Part shown: positions 10,207 through 19,058 of the stretch, in pieces
Layout of the letters: the number at the start of each line of letters is the position of its first letter
How positions within the stretch are numbered: position 1 is the stretch's first letter
Source: Dehalococcoidia bacterium
GTDB taxonomy: Bacteria > Chloroflexota > Dehalococcoidia > Lucifugimonadales > SHYT01
Assembly: GCA_009692665.1 (NCBI GenBank)
Contig: SHYT01000007.1
Location: forward strand, 32,054 to 96,053
Direction of reading: 5' to 3'
DNA: 64,000 nt
Notes under the pieces: model-generated
Database searches by the model: none
Seen by the model: the letters and a program-made list of their open reading frames with translations, nothing else
What the model was told of the DNA's origin: nothing
Translations under genes and position numbers: made by a program

Positions 10207-10222
10207 CAAGGTACGGTAGGCT

Positions 10223-10696
10223 CTACGCAACAGCCCGGATGCGCTGGGGGTAGCGCTCAAGCGCCTGGTGCAGCGACTCAGAGGCCACCTCAAGTTCCAG
10301 GGCGGACAGTGGGAACTCAACCCAGCTATCTTTGGACGGCGCGCTGTCTGGGTCGGCCCACGGCGGTGCGCACTCAATGGCGAAGCAGACGCGGAGCTTC
10401 GGCTGGCGACTTGGGGGCTGGATGATCCAGAACGACACGTTCGGCTCGGTGAACTCCAGGCTCGGGTCCACCAGCTTGCCGTGGGCCAGTGCGGCGAACC
10501 AGTCCGCCAGCTCTTTCACTTCCCACGTCAGCAGGCAGGGATCTGTCACTTCCCATTCGCCCCTGGGATGTACGACGCGTATTTGGAGCCGCAGCCAGTT
10601 TGAATCAAACTGGTCAAGCATCCCCGAGAGCGGGAACTCGTACCCGACAATGTCGAATTCGAACACCGAACCGTCGCCAGATGTGAGTGCAGCCAA
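10223..10696 (-). CDS. hypothetical protein, WapI-like immunity protein candidate
   Basis: 157 aa. The pattern FEFDIVGYEFP..DSNWLRLQIRV..PCLLTWEVKELADW recalls WapI-family immunity proteins. This is from memory and has not been searched. Confidence 0.45.
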   Translation of the reverse strand: MAALTSGDGSVFEFDIVGYEFPLSGMLDQFDSNWLRLQIRVVHPRGEWEVTDPCLLTWEVKELADWFAALAHGKLVDPSLEFTEPNVSFWIIQPPSRQPKLRVCFAIECAPPWADPDSAPSKDSWVEFPLSALELEVASESLHQALERYPQRIRAVA

Positions 10697-10952
10697 ACGT
10701 CACCACCCTCAGCCCCAGTACCCTCAGTGTATCGGTGCCTGATGGGCCGGGATTTGACGCTTCTTATTAATCTCCTGCCTCGCGCACGTCCTCCGGCGCT
10801 TAGCCCGCGCAACGTGCATAACGCGCGATGTGACTGAGGGATAGGAAGACAGGAAGTGTGGGCGAACAATCCAGAGTGCACCTTATGCACCTTGAGCATA
10901 CCAGGAGAGACTCGCGCAAAGCACTAAAGCAAGTTTAAGAAGCTCTACTTAT

Positions 10953-12251
10953 TTACCGCGCCTGTGCAGCAGCAGCCAAAGCCGTCTGCTTCCTTGGCGG
11001 AGCCGAGAGCGCCAGCGTAATAGCGGCCAGCGCCATCAGTGCAATGCCGGCCCACCAGATGCTGTCGTAGCTGCCCGTGTTGTCACGCACGTATCCGGCT
11101 ATTGGCCCGCCTATCCCGCCAAAGAACAACGTAACCGGCATCACGATGCCACGGATGGCACCCACGTTCTGGCGGCCAAAGTAGTCGGCCCACAGATAAT
11201 TCTGCAGGAGGATGTTCACGCCCACGCCCAACCCCCAGACGCCAAAAGACCAGAACATCATTACAGGGGTGTAGGTAAAGATGTTGCTTGCAATCGCCAC
11301 AATGATGATGAGGAACCCCGCGGCACCCAAGAACCGTGGCTGGACTTTGCGGACCAGGACACCAAACCCAAGGATGCTCACGCCGGCAAAAAAGGTGTCC
11401 ATGATGGACGCGAAAGCCACTAGCCCTGGGTCAAGGCCCCGGTCCATAAAGTGCGGGATGCGGTGGAGGCCTACCGTGCTTTGGCCGAGTGTGACAAGGG
11501 AGAAAGTGAGCAGCAATTGCCAGAACGTCCGGGTGCGGATGGACTCTTTGAGCGTCCACTGCACTTCGGCGTCCGCCGCCGACCGTACGGCGCCGCTTGC
11601 ACCGACGCCCGCGATTATGGATGGCTCGCCATCCGGCCGCAGGCCCATGTCTTCCGGGTGCCGCCGGAGGAAGATGATGGCGAGCGGGATAACAACCAGC
11701 GGCCCGAGAATCCCGAGGATGAGCCAGGCGTGCCGCCAGCCCACGGCGTCGATCAGGACCTGGGTCAATGGCACAAAGATGATGCCGCCAATGGACAGCC
11801 CGAGCGACACATAGGACATTGCCCGCCCGCGCTTGCTCACAAACCACTTGGCAATCGGCACTGACGTGACCAGCGCGTTCCCGCCGCCCAGCCCGGCAAT
11901 GCCCATAAACGCGAAGATGCCGATGAGGTGCCCGGAGTTGGTAACCAGGGACAGGCCCAGAAGTCCGATGGCAGTTACTGAAATGGTTACGGGAAGAACA
12001 AATCGAGTGCCGTACCGGTCAATGAGCTTGCCCAGGGTGGGACTGGTGACGGCGCCGACGACCTGCCTTGCCGTGGACGCCCAACCAAACGCGGCGCGGC
12101 CAATGCCAAGCTCATCGCCCATGGGCTTGATAAACAGCCCAAAATTGAGGCCACCCATTGCCATGCTCATGGCTGACGTGACGAACATGACAGCGACGAT
12201 GACCCAGCCGTAGAACAGCCTGCCTTGCTTCACGCTCTTGGTCAGACTCAC
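10953..12251 (-). CDS. MFS transporter
   Basis: 432 aa with about 12 hydrophobic segments and MFS loop motifs. Confidence 0.85.
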   Translation of the reverse strand: MSLTKSVKQGRLFYGWVIVAVMFVTSAMSMAMGGLNFGLFIKPMGDELGIGRAAFGWASTARQVVGAVTSPTLGKLIDRYGTRFVLPVTISVTAIGLLGLSLVTNSGHLIGIFAFMGIAGLGGGNALVTSVPIAKWFVSKRGRAMSYVSLGLSIGGIIFVPLTQVLIDAVGWRHAWLILGILGPLVVIPLAIIFLRRHPEDMGLRPDGEPSIIAGVGASGAVRSAADAEVQWTLKESIRTRTFWQLLLTFSLVTLGQSTVGLHRIPHFMDRGLDPGLVAFASIMDTFFAGVSILGFGVLVRKVQPRFLGAAGFLIIIVAIASNIFTYTPVMMFWSFGVWGLGVGVNILLQNYLWADYFGRQNVGAIRGIVMPVTLFFGGIGGPIAGYVRDNTGSYDSIWWAGIALMALAAITLALSAPPRKQTALAAAAQAR

Positions 12252-12278
12252 GCCATTGGCCTTCTCTAGTACAACGCG

Positions 12279-12794
12279 TTACTCAGGACGCCGCATGGCA
12301 CGCTGTATCTCCCGGTTCGACTCGCGCTCAGCAGTAGCCTCACGTTTCTCGTACTGGCGTTTGCCCTTGCCCAGTCCAAGCTCAACTTTTGCCACACGGC
12401 CCTTAATGTACAGCCGCAAGGGCACAATCGAATAGCCACGTTGGGCAACCTGGCTTAGGAGCTTCTGGAGTTGCAGCTTGTGGAGCAGCAGCTTGCGGCG
12501 GCGCCGGACCTCATGGTTGTGGATGTTCCCTTTGCTATACGGCGCTATGTAGGTGTTTAGCAGCCAAAGTTCATTGTTCTGGGGGAAAGCATACGACTCG
12601 GACAGGTCCACCTTGCCCTCGCGGACGGATTTAATCTCTGTGCCTTGCAACACAACACCGGCCTCGTACGTCTCAATAATGGCGTAGTTGAACGTGGCGG
12701 AGCGGTTTCGGGAGATTGTCTGGATGGCCGACTTTTTGGGATCTGCTGCAGTGGGTTTGGGAGAACTTGGCCTCGTCGGATGCATGGGGGACAT
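12279..12794 (-). CDS. smpB: SsrA-binding protein SmpB
   Basis: NRSATFNYAIIETYEAGVVLQGTEIKSVREGKVDLSESYA plus basic C-terminal tail. Confidence 0.9.
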   Translation of the reverse strand: MSPMHPTRPSSPKPTAADPKKSAIQTISRNRSATFNYAIIETYEAGVVLQGTEIKSVREGKVDLSESYAFPQNNELWLLNTYIAPYSKGNIHNHEVRRRRKLLLHKLQLQKLLSQVAQRGYSIVPLRLYIKGRVAKVELGLGKGKRQYEKREATAERESNREIQRAMRRPE

Positions 12795-12809
12795 ACGCGC
12801 TCCTCCTGA

Positions 12810-14276
12810 CTACGGAGTAGTCGCGCCGACTTTGGCCTTCATCAGCTCAATGGCCTTGTCCAATTGAGCATCGCCATCGCGGCCACCGGCGCTGCCGATG
12901 ACCTGGTAGTCGGGATCAAGGCCCTTGCCCTCAATCATCCGGTTCGTGATAGGGGTGAACCACCGAGCGTAGGTGTAATACAGCCCGCCACCGTCCGGCA
13001 AATCGTTGAAGAGGTTGACGCTGCCCTTGCCGAAGGTAGTCATGCCCACCACGCCAGCCCGCTTGGCGTCTTGCAGCGCACCGGAAAGGACCTCGCTGCC
13101 GCTGGCGCTGTACTGGTTCACCAGCACCACCAGAGGCATCTTGAGCGCCATGCCGCCGCTCTGCAGCTTCCAGTCGGTGCGCTTGCCGTTGGAGTCCATC
13201 TCGTAAAGCACCAGGCCGTTGTCCATGAACTGGCTCGCCATCTTGACCACCGTGCTCAAAAAGCCGCCGGGATTGTTCCGCAGGTCAATGATGACCCCGC
13301 GAGCGCCCTGGTCTATGGCCTGTTTCAGCATGATGTTGAAAGCGTCCGGTGTGTTGTCATAAAAAGAGGACACACGAATATAGGCGAACTGGTCGTTGGT
13401 CATGTTCCAGAAGACGCTCTGGAGCTTGATCGTCTCGCGGGTGATAGTGAGCACCAGGGGGGCAGTGACGCCCAGGCGTTGCACAGTAATGTGCACCGCC
13501 GTGCCCACGCTGCCGCGGATGCGCGACACAACCTGGACGGTGGTCCAGTTGTTCACTACCTCGTCCTCGATTTTCAGAAGCGCATCGCCAGGCTTTAGGC
13601 CTGCCTTTTCTGATGGGCTGCCGGGCATAGGGTTCAGCAAGAAGCGGCTCGCTTGGGTCTGCACCTCAGCGCCAATGCCGGCGTATTTGCCGTAGAAGTC
13701 CTGGGAGTCGATGGAGTACTGCTCCGGGGCAATGTACTCGGTATGCGGATCGTTGACCGCCTTCACAAACGCGTAGGCGGCTTCCTCTCCAAGCTTTTTG
13801 GGGTCAAGCGGCTTGGCGCCATGATAGTTTTCAAAGATAGAGGCCCAGGCGTCCCAGACCGGTTTCAGCTCTTTAGGCATGCCGCGTGGCGGCTTAGCTT
13901 GTGGCGGCGGCAATGTCTGGACGGTGAGCGTGGGGTCTTTGACATAGTCCACTAGGTCGGCAGCTGCGGCCTGGCTCAGCGCTTGCGGGTCGAGCCGTTG
14001 CTTCTCTACAAAGTTGTTCTTCAGAATATCCCACGCCGCCCATACTGAGGAGAGCGGCTGCTCCGGGACGGTGACAGGTTTGGTTGAAGCCGCAGGCGCC
14101 GCAGGAGCGCTGGGAGAAGCCGTAGTCGATGGGCCAGCGGGTGCGGGAGTCGTAGCCGCACCGTTCGGAGAGGTGGCAGGCGCCTGGACGCCGGTCGTCG
14201 TGGTGCACGATGCCGTGGTGGCGAGGGCAAGCACGACCATAACTAGGCCCAGGAAATAGCGCATTCGGATAGTCAT
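12810..14276 (-). CDS. S41 C-terminal processing peptidase with PDZ domain
   Basis: Signal/anchor, PT-rich linker, PDZ (PGSPSEKAGLKPGDALLKI), catalytic contexts NQYSASGSEV and TFGKGSV. Confidence 0.85.
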   Translation of the reverse strand: MTIRMRYFLGLVMVVLALATTASCTTTTGVQAPATSPNGAATTPAPAGPSTTASPSAPAAPAASTKPVTVPEQPLSSVWAAWDILKNNFVEKQRLDPQALSQAAAADLVDYVKDPTLTVQTLPPPQAKPPRGMPKELKPVWDAWASIFENYHGAKPLDPKKLGEEAAYAFVKAVNDPHTEYIAPEQYSIDSQDFYGKYAGIGAEVQTQASRFLLNPMPGSPSEKAGLKPGDALLKIEDEVVNNWTTVQVVSRIRGSVGTAVHITVQRLGVTAPLVLTITRETIKLQSVFWNMTNDQFAYIRVSSFYDNTPDAFNIMLKQAIDQGARGVIIDLRNNPGGFLSTVVKMASQFMDNGLVLYEMDSNGKRTDWKLQSGGMALKMPLVVLVNQYSASGSEVLSGALQDAKRAGVVGMTTFGKGSVNLFNDLPDGGGLYYTYARWFTPITNRMIEGKGLDPDYQVIGSAGGRDGDAQLDKAIELMKAKVGATTP

Positions 14277-14680
14277 AGTACCTTAGTTAACGCAGATTCT
14301 TACCGGAAGGGTACAGGGCTAAGCCTTTCACAATCGTAACATACCCCTTATAGACTCGCGGAGGCGTGCCGGCTAACGTGACTACAGGCTGCCGCGAGCG
14401 TCTTTGTGGGGTTCGTTCGTAACGAGGTATGGAACCCTGTACGGAGTGCCAGTGGAGGTACACAAACGTCTATGGTAAACTCTCCGCTGGCTTCGTTGAC
14501 ACCTGAATAGCCCTGATGGTAGGATACGGATGCTTTTCTCAGGCTAGGCTGTAGGAGCCGCAGCGCCCTCATTGCAAGTACATTATGGGCATCCTGCGGC
14601 AGGTTGATAACAGGGTACAAATGGTGCCGATCTGCTCAATCGACCGGCAAGGGTCTATAGAGACGGGAGGTCATCTACAA

Positions 14681-15823
14681 ATGACAACAACTGGCGGTGT
14701 TGAGCTAAAGAGAGGGCTCAACGGCGTTTACCTAGATAACACCCTGATTAGTTATATCGATGGGAACATTGGGAAGCTTCTCTACCGTGGCTATGACATT
14801 CATGACTTGGCTGAGAAGTCCACGTTTGAAGAAGTCTTATACCTGCTTATGTACGGCAGTCTCCCCACCAAAGACCAGCTCCAGAAACATGAAGCCTTTA
14901 TGCGAGAGAATCGCGCAGTCCCCCCGCAGATATTCCAGGTTGTTGAGCTGACTAAGGAAGCGCATCCGATGGATGTACTGCGAACGGCCGTCTCCGCTCT
15001 TTCCGCTTTTGATAAGGAAGTGGATGACTTCTCACCGGACGCTACCCGTCGGAAAGGCCTGCGGCTGACTGGCCAGGCGGCCACAATCCTCGCGGGGCTC
15101 TTCCGCATCCGCAAGGGCCTGAAGCCTGTCCCGCCGAGCAAGACGTTGAACCACGCGGGCAACTTCCTCTACATGATGTTTGACAAGAACCCAGACCCGG
15201 ACGAGATGAAACTCATGGACGTCGACTTCATCCTTCACACAGACCACAGCACCAACGCATCCGCATTCGCTGCCCGCGTTACCGCTTCCACGCTGGCTGA
15301 CCTCCACTGCGCAGTCGTCTCCGGCATCGCCACACTTAAGGGCCCGCTGCACGGCGGCGCCGCCGAGGCCGTCATGAAAATGTCTATGGACATTGGCAAG
15401 CCGGAGCGCGCCGAAGAGTACGTCAAGGAACTTATCTCTCGTGGTGGCAGGATCATGGGCTTTGGCCACCGTGTATATAGGGCGGAAGACCCGCGCGCCC
15501 AGCACTTGCGTGAGCGTGCCCGCGTCCTTGGCGAGCGCCGCGGCCAGCCCGAGTGGTTCCAGATCCTCCAGGCAGTGGTCAAGGCCATGGAGCCGTACCA
15601 GAAGCGCGGCATCTTTGTCAATGTGGACTTTTACGCCGGCGCGGTCTATCACCTCCTTAATATTCCTGAGGACTTGTTCATACCAATCTTTGCCCTAGGA
15701 CGTATTCCAGGTTACGCCGTTCAGGTGCTGGAGCAGTTTGAGCACAACCAACTCATTCGCCCACTCCTCAACTATATTGGTCCAATGGACTTGCAGTATG
15801 TCCCAATGGATCAGCGCAGGTAA
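14681..15823 (+). CDS. gltA: Citrate synthase
   Basis: GFGHRVYRAEDPRA and other citrate synthase motifs. ATG at 14681 follows GGGAGG (14665-14670). The track ORF begins at 14585. Confidence 0.9.
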   Translation: MTTTGGVELKRGLNGVYLDNTLISYIDGNIGKLLYRGYDIHDLAEKSTFEEVLYLLMYGSLPTKDQLQKHEAFMRENRAVPPQIFQVVELTKEAHPMDVLRTAVSALSAFDKEVDDFSPDATRRKGLRLTGQAATILAGLFRIRKGLKPVPPSKTLNHAGNFLYMMFDKNPDPDEMKLMDVDFILHTDHSTNASAFAARVTASTLADLHCAVVSGIATLKGPLHGGAAEAVMKMSMDIGKPERAEEYVKELISRGGRIMGFGHRVYRAEDPRAQHLRERARVLGERRGQPEWFQILQAVVKAMEPYQKRGIFVNVDFYAGAVYHLLNIPEDLFIPIFALGRIPGYAVQVLEQFEHNQLIRPLLNYIGPMDLQYVPMDQRR

Positions 15824-15845
15824 AAGGGCTTTGTAGGGATTTGTA

Positions 15846-15884
15846 AAAGAAGCGGGCGTCATGTTGATGCCTGCTTCTTTTATC
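15846..15884 (+). terminator. Rho-independent terminator after citrate synthase
   Basis: Stem AAAGAAGC(G)GGC / GCCTGCTTCTTT followed by T-rich tail. Confidence 0.7.
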
Positions 15885-16423
15885 GACGCTGTTCGACATA
15901 ATGTCGATTTAGTCTAGGACCAACTGGAGTGGGCCGGATTAGCTTGTTGACTTTCAACCTGCTTGCCTTGCCATTTTTCCATTCCGAAAATTTAGAGCAC
16001 TACGAATTCCTGACTGTACTCTAGGGCTCCGCTTGAATTGTTGGAAATTTTCAAGCCGGGTCTGCGAGAGGTAATGGTTACAGAGTGGCCATCGGAGTCG
16101 AATAAGAGTGAGGATCTACGGGGGGTACGCAAGGTCTGGCGCGGCAAGCGTTTGTGCAGTGTAGTTTGATCGGCTTTACATATGGGCCTCGAAATAGGGG
16201 GCCTATTTCCTAAACCTTGAGTAAGAAGTAGTCCCCAAGATTCAGCTACCACGCGTGAAGTAGTACCAGCATCTTTCCAAGTAGTCGCGCTGTCTATAGT
16301 TATGTAGCCAAGCGTAGATACCCTTCTCACCCAACTCACATGCTTTGTATCGTACATAACAGCTATAGTGCGAACCTGCTACGCCTGCTCGGACTGGAAG
16401 GAACGGCACCGTTATCGGCTCTA

Positions 16424-16542
16424 TCATGGTGATTTCCTCGTCGACAAACCCGAACAACCGGATTACTGACGGTGTTTGGCGCGTTGGGGTGGATGTTACG
16501 CCTGGGCTTTATCAGACCACCACCTCTGGATGCTATTGGGCG
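16424..16542 (+). repeat. Partial duplicate (about 119 nt) of 16984-17105
   Basis: Shared TCATGGTGATTTCCTC... start. Identical 29-nt core GACGGTGTTTGGCGCGTTGGGGTGGATGT at 16468-16496 and 17031-17059. Both copies end in ..ATTGGGCG. Confidence 0.85.
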
Positions 16543-16596
16543 CGTGCTCTTGCTGCCATTATGCCGCCGCTGCGGACTGCGTTTGCTGGACTCTGA
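16426..16596 (+). pseudogene. Truncated paralog fragment of the C-terminal domain of the 16737..17246 protein
   Basis: 56-codon ORF MVISSSTNPNNRITDGVWRVGVDVTPGLYQTTTSGCYWAR... loses similarity after CYWAR. Confidence 0.35.
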
Positions 16597-16736
16597 TAGG
16601 TCGCCAGTTCGCGGCGGCGGTGCATATCATCGGGGGTGCCTGCACCACAAGTGCACCCGCTATTCGAGGAACCTCGGAAGCCATTTCCGCTGAATGGTGG
16701 TAGAGTACGCGCGACAGTTGACTGAGGAGAAAAGCA

Positions 16737-17246
16737 ATGGCGGGACTAAAGGCCTTTGAGAAAGAGCATCCTATCGTTTTCTGGATTTTGGCGGCAGTCT
16801 TCTCTCTGATGCTGCTTGCGATGTTGCTATCGGCCTTCAATCCCACCGCTCGCGATATCAACGCGGCTGTGCAACAAGAGGTTACCAGGCAGGTCAATGC
16901 ATTGCCGCGCCAGACGCAAGGGCCACAGGGTGCATCAGGTTTACAAGGGCCCAAAGGCGACAAGGGGGAAAGGGGCGATCCATTCATGGTGATTTCCTCA
17001 CCGACACCGACCGCGAATAACCGTATTGCGGACGGTGTTTGGCGCGTTGGGGTGGATGTACAGCCCGGCCTATATCAGACTGCTACCTCAGGATGTTATT
17101 GGGCGAGGCTGCGGAACTTCAGCGACAATTCCGGAGAAATTCTTGGGAACGGAAACACACCGGGTCCGACCGTTGTGCGGATTTTAACCACAGACGCAGG
17201 ATTCCAGTCATCACGCTGCATTGCCTGGGTGCGCGTCGGGGACTAG
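16737..17246 (+). CDS. Membrane-anchored protein with collagen-like GXY repeats and a Cys-containing C-terminal domain
   Basis: GAGGAG RBS. TM helix IVFWILAAVFSLMLLAMLL. Seven GXY triplets GPQGASGLQGPKGDKGERGDP (16920-16982). C-terminal DGVWRVGVDVQPGLYQT..GCYWARL..SSRCIAW. Confidence 0.7.
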   Translation: MAGLKAFEKEHPIVFWILAAVFSLMLLAMLLSAFNPTARDINAAVQQEVTRQVNALPRQTQGPQGASGLQGPKGDKGERGDPFMVISSPTPTANNRIADGVWRVGVDVQPGLYQTATSGCYWARLRNFSDNSGEILGNGNTPGPTVVRILTTDAGFQSSRCIAWVRVGD

Positions 17247-17546
17247 CCCTTTACCGCCACGTACTACCCGCCCTGGCTCTCACGTGGCATCACAGCAGCA
17301 CCACAAACACGCGGCCTTTGAGATCATCTGATAATTTCGGACTTCAGGTGTCGTAGAACGGCGAGTGGCCTGACGGGAACGGCTGATACTTCAGGTGGTC
17401 TTTCGACCAGGTCGTGAAGATTAGTTATGACAAGGACGGGTGGTTCGCCATTACCAAAGGCGTCAATAACCAGAAAAGTGATATGGTCCCCGTCCGAGAG
17501 AACATGGTCAAGGGCCGAGCCGCCGCTTTGTTCTGGTGAAACTTGG

Positions 17547-18590
17547 CTATCTGGCCGCCCGAGCGGCGGCTTCTTGTTCCGCCCGGTCAACTCGCTGTTG
17601 CGCAGCCTCGTCCAGCGTCTCCCCGATCGTGGTAAGCAAGCGGTCTAGTCCCCACCCCTGATGGGCCGAGACGGCCACGCTCCGAATGTCCTTCGTTTGG
17701 AAGCCTTCCAACTCCAAGGTATCTATAGTAGCGGCGTTTTCCTTTCCCATGAGCAGGTCTATCTTGTTGAGCACCAGCAGCCTGGGCTTGCGGGCTATGC
17801 GGAGGCTCTTGAGCGTGTTGTCGACCACCTGAGCCTGTTCAGCGGCATTACGATGGTTTATGTCAACCACATGCAGGAGAAGGTCAGCTTGCTCCAACTC
17901 CTCTAATGTTGCGCGGAAGGCAGCTACCACGATTTTTGGCAGTTTGTTGATAAAGCCTACCGTGTCGGACAGGAGGATAGAACGCTCATCCGGCAAGCGG
18001 AGACGGCGGGTTGTTGGATCCAGGGTAGAAAATAGCTTGTTTTCCACTTCCACTGATGAGCGCGTAAGTGCGTTAAAGAGGGTACTCTTGCCAGCGTTGG
18101 TGTAGCCAACCAGAGCTACGACGGGTACGCCTGCTTCTTTGCGGCGTTCCCGTTGCTGATTCCGCCGATCCCGGACCTGCTCAAGCTTTTCTTTCAAAAG
18201 GCTAATGCGCTTGCTGACGAGACGGCGGTCGGTTTCAAGCTGTGTTTCACCAGGGCCGCGTGTGCCAATGCCGCCGCCCAGTCGCTCCAAGTGCGTCCAC
18301 TGTCCAACGAGGCGTGGAAGTAGGTACTCGTGTTGGGCGAGTTCGACTTGGAGGCGGCCTTCCACGGTGTGGGCGTGCCTGGCGAAGATATCAAGGATGA
18401 GGGCGCTGCGGTCTACGACCTTCACGCCGAGGGCTTCTTCCAGGTTGCGCTGCTGGGTGGGAGTCAGCTCGTCGTCAAAAAGGGCGAGCGTATAGGCAAG
18501 GTCTTTGTGCTTTTCCTTTATCTCTTCTAGCTTGCCTTTACCGATGTAATGGTGCGTGAGGCGTTCCAACTGCTGCGGGAATTTGCCCAC
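17547..18590 (-). CDS. hflX: GTPase HflX. The track ORF starts at GTG 18590, but the conserved N-terminal domain continues upstream to about 18705.
   Basis: G-domain GYTNAGKSTLFNAL, DTVGFI, NKID. Upstream in-frame PERAILVGAGIKGQHPLWELEDSLQELAQLAGTAGADVV matches the HflX N-domain. Confidence 0.85.
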   Translation of the reverse strand: MGKFPQQLERLTHHYIGKGKLEEIKEKHKDLAYTLALFDDELTPTQQRNLEEALGVKVVDRSALILDIFARHAHTVEGRLQVELAQHEYLLPRLVGQWTHLERLGGGIGTRGPGETQLETDRRLVSKRISLLKEKLEQVRDRRNQQRERRKEAGVPVVALVGYTNAGKSTLFNALTRSSVEVENKLFSTLDPTTRRLRLPDERSILLSDTVGFINKLPKIVVAAFRATLEELEQADLLLHVVDINHRNAAEQAQVVDNTLKSLRIARKPRLLVLNKIDLLMGKENAATIDTLELEGFQTKDIRSVAVSAHQGWGLDRLLTTIGETLDEAAQQRVDRAEQEAAARAAR

Positions 18591-18942
18591 GACGTCCGCG
18601 CCAGCCGTGCCGGCCAGCTGGGCAAGCTCTTGCAGCGAGTCTTCTAACTCCCACAGGGGGTGTTGGCCTTTGATGCCGGCGCCAACCAGGATGGCGCGCT
18701 CTGGGACTTGTTTGTTGGAGAGTACGCTCGGTTTGGCTACAGCGGTCCTCCGAATCGAGTGTGTTACGTCTATTGTGCCAGATGTTGGCGGATTTGCGGC
18801 ACTGGTTTTGGGGGAAGACTGGGGAAGGCTTTAGAGTGCGGTGGAAGTATTACATCGAGGCAACATCGTTAGGGCCATAGCTGGCTCCAAAAGCACGCTG
18901 CGACCTTTTGGGCTGTTGGGAGCGTCTTCAAGCAACATGGGT

Positions 18943-18988
18943 CGGGCTTCTAAGGGTAATGCCCGGCGGCATTACCCTTAGAAGCCCG
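18943..18988. repeat. Perfect palindrome with 21-nt arms
   Basis: CGGGCTTCTAAGGGTAATGCC-CGGC-GGCATTACCCTTAGAAGCCCG, lying between the SBP gene end and the hflX 5' region. Confidence 0.8.
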
Positions 18989-19058
18989 TTTCTTAGCTCG
19001 TTTCCGCTTTTCTATAGGAGAGGGAACATTCGTTTCAGGGAAGCAGTGATCGCGCCTG

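Noticed and set aside
14277-14680. The 400-nt divergent region between the S41 peptidase and citrate synthase as a riboswitch or ncRNA; the 90-aa ORF 14348..14620 is also discounted.
   Set aside because: Only a modest 7-bp hairpin was found (CTCGCGG..CCGCGAG) and no recognisable motif. The ORF has no RBS or family resemblance. This is plausibly just two promoters.
17324-17590. An 88-aa minus ORF overlapping the hflX 3' end, considered as a small antitoxin-like protein.
   Set aside because: It has a TTG start inside hflX, no RBS, and only a vague resemblance to Phd/YefM-type sequences. Not supported.
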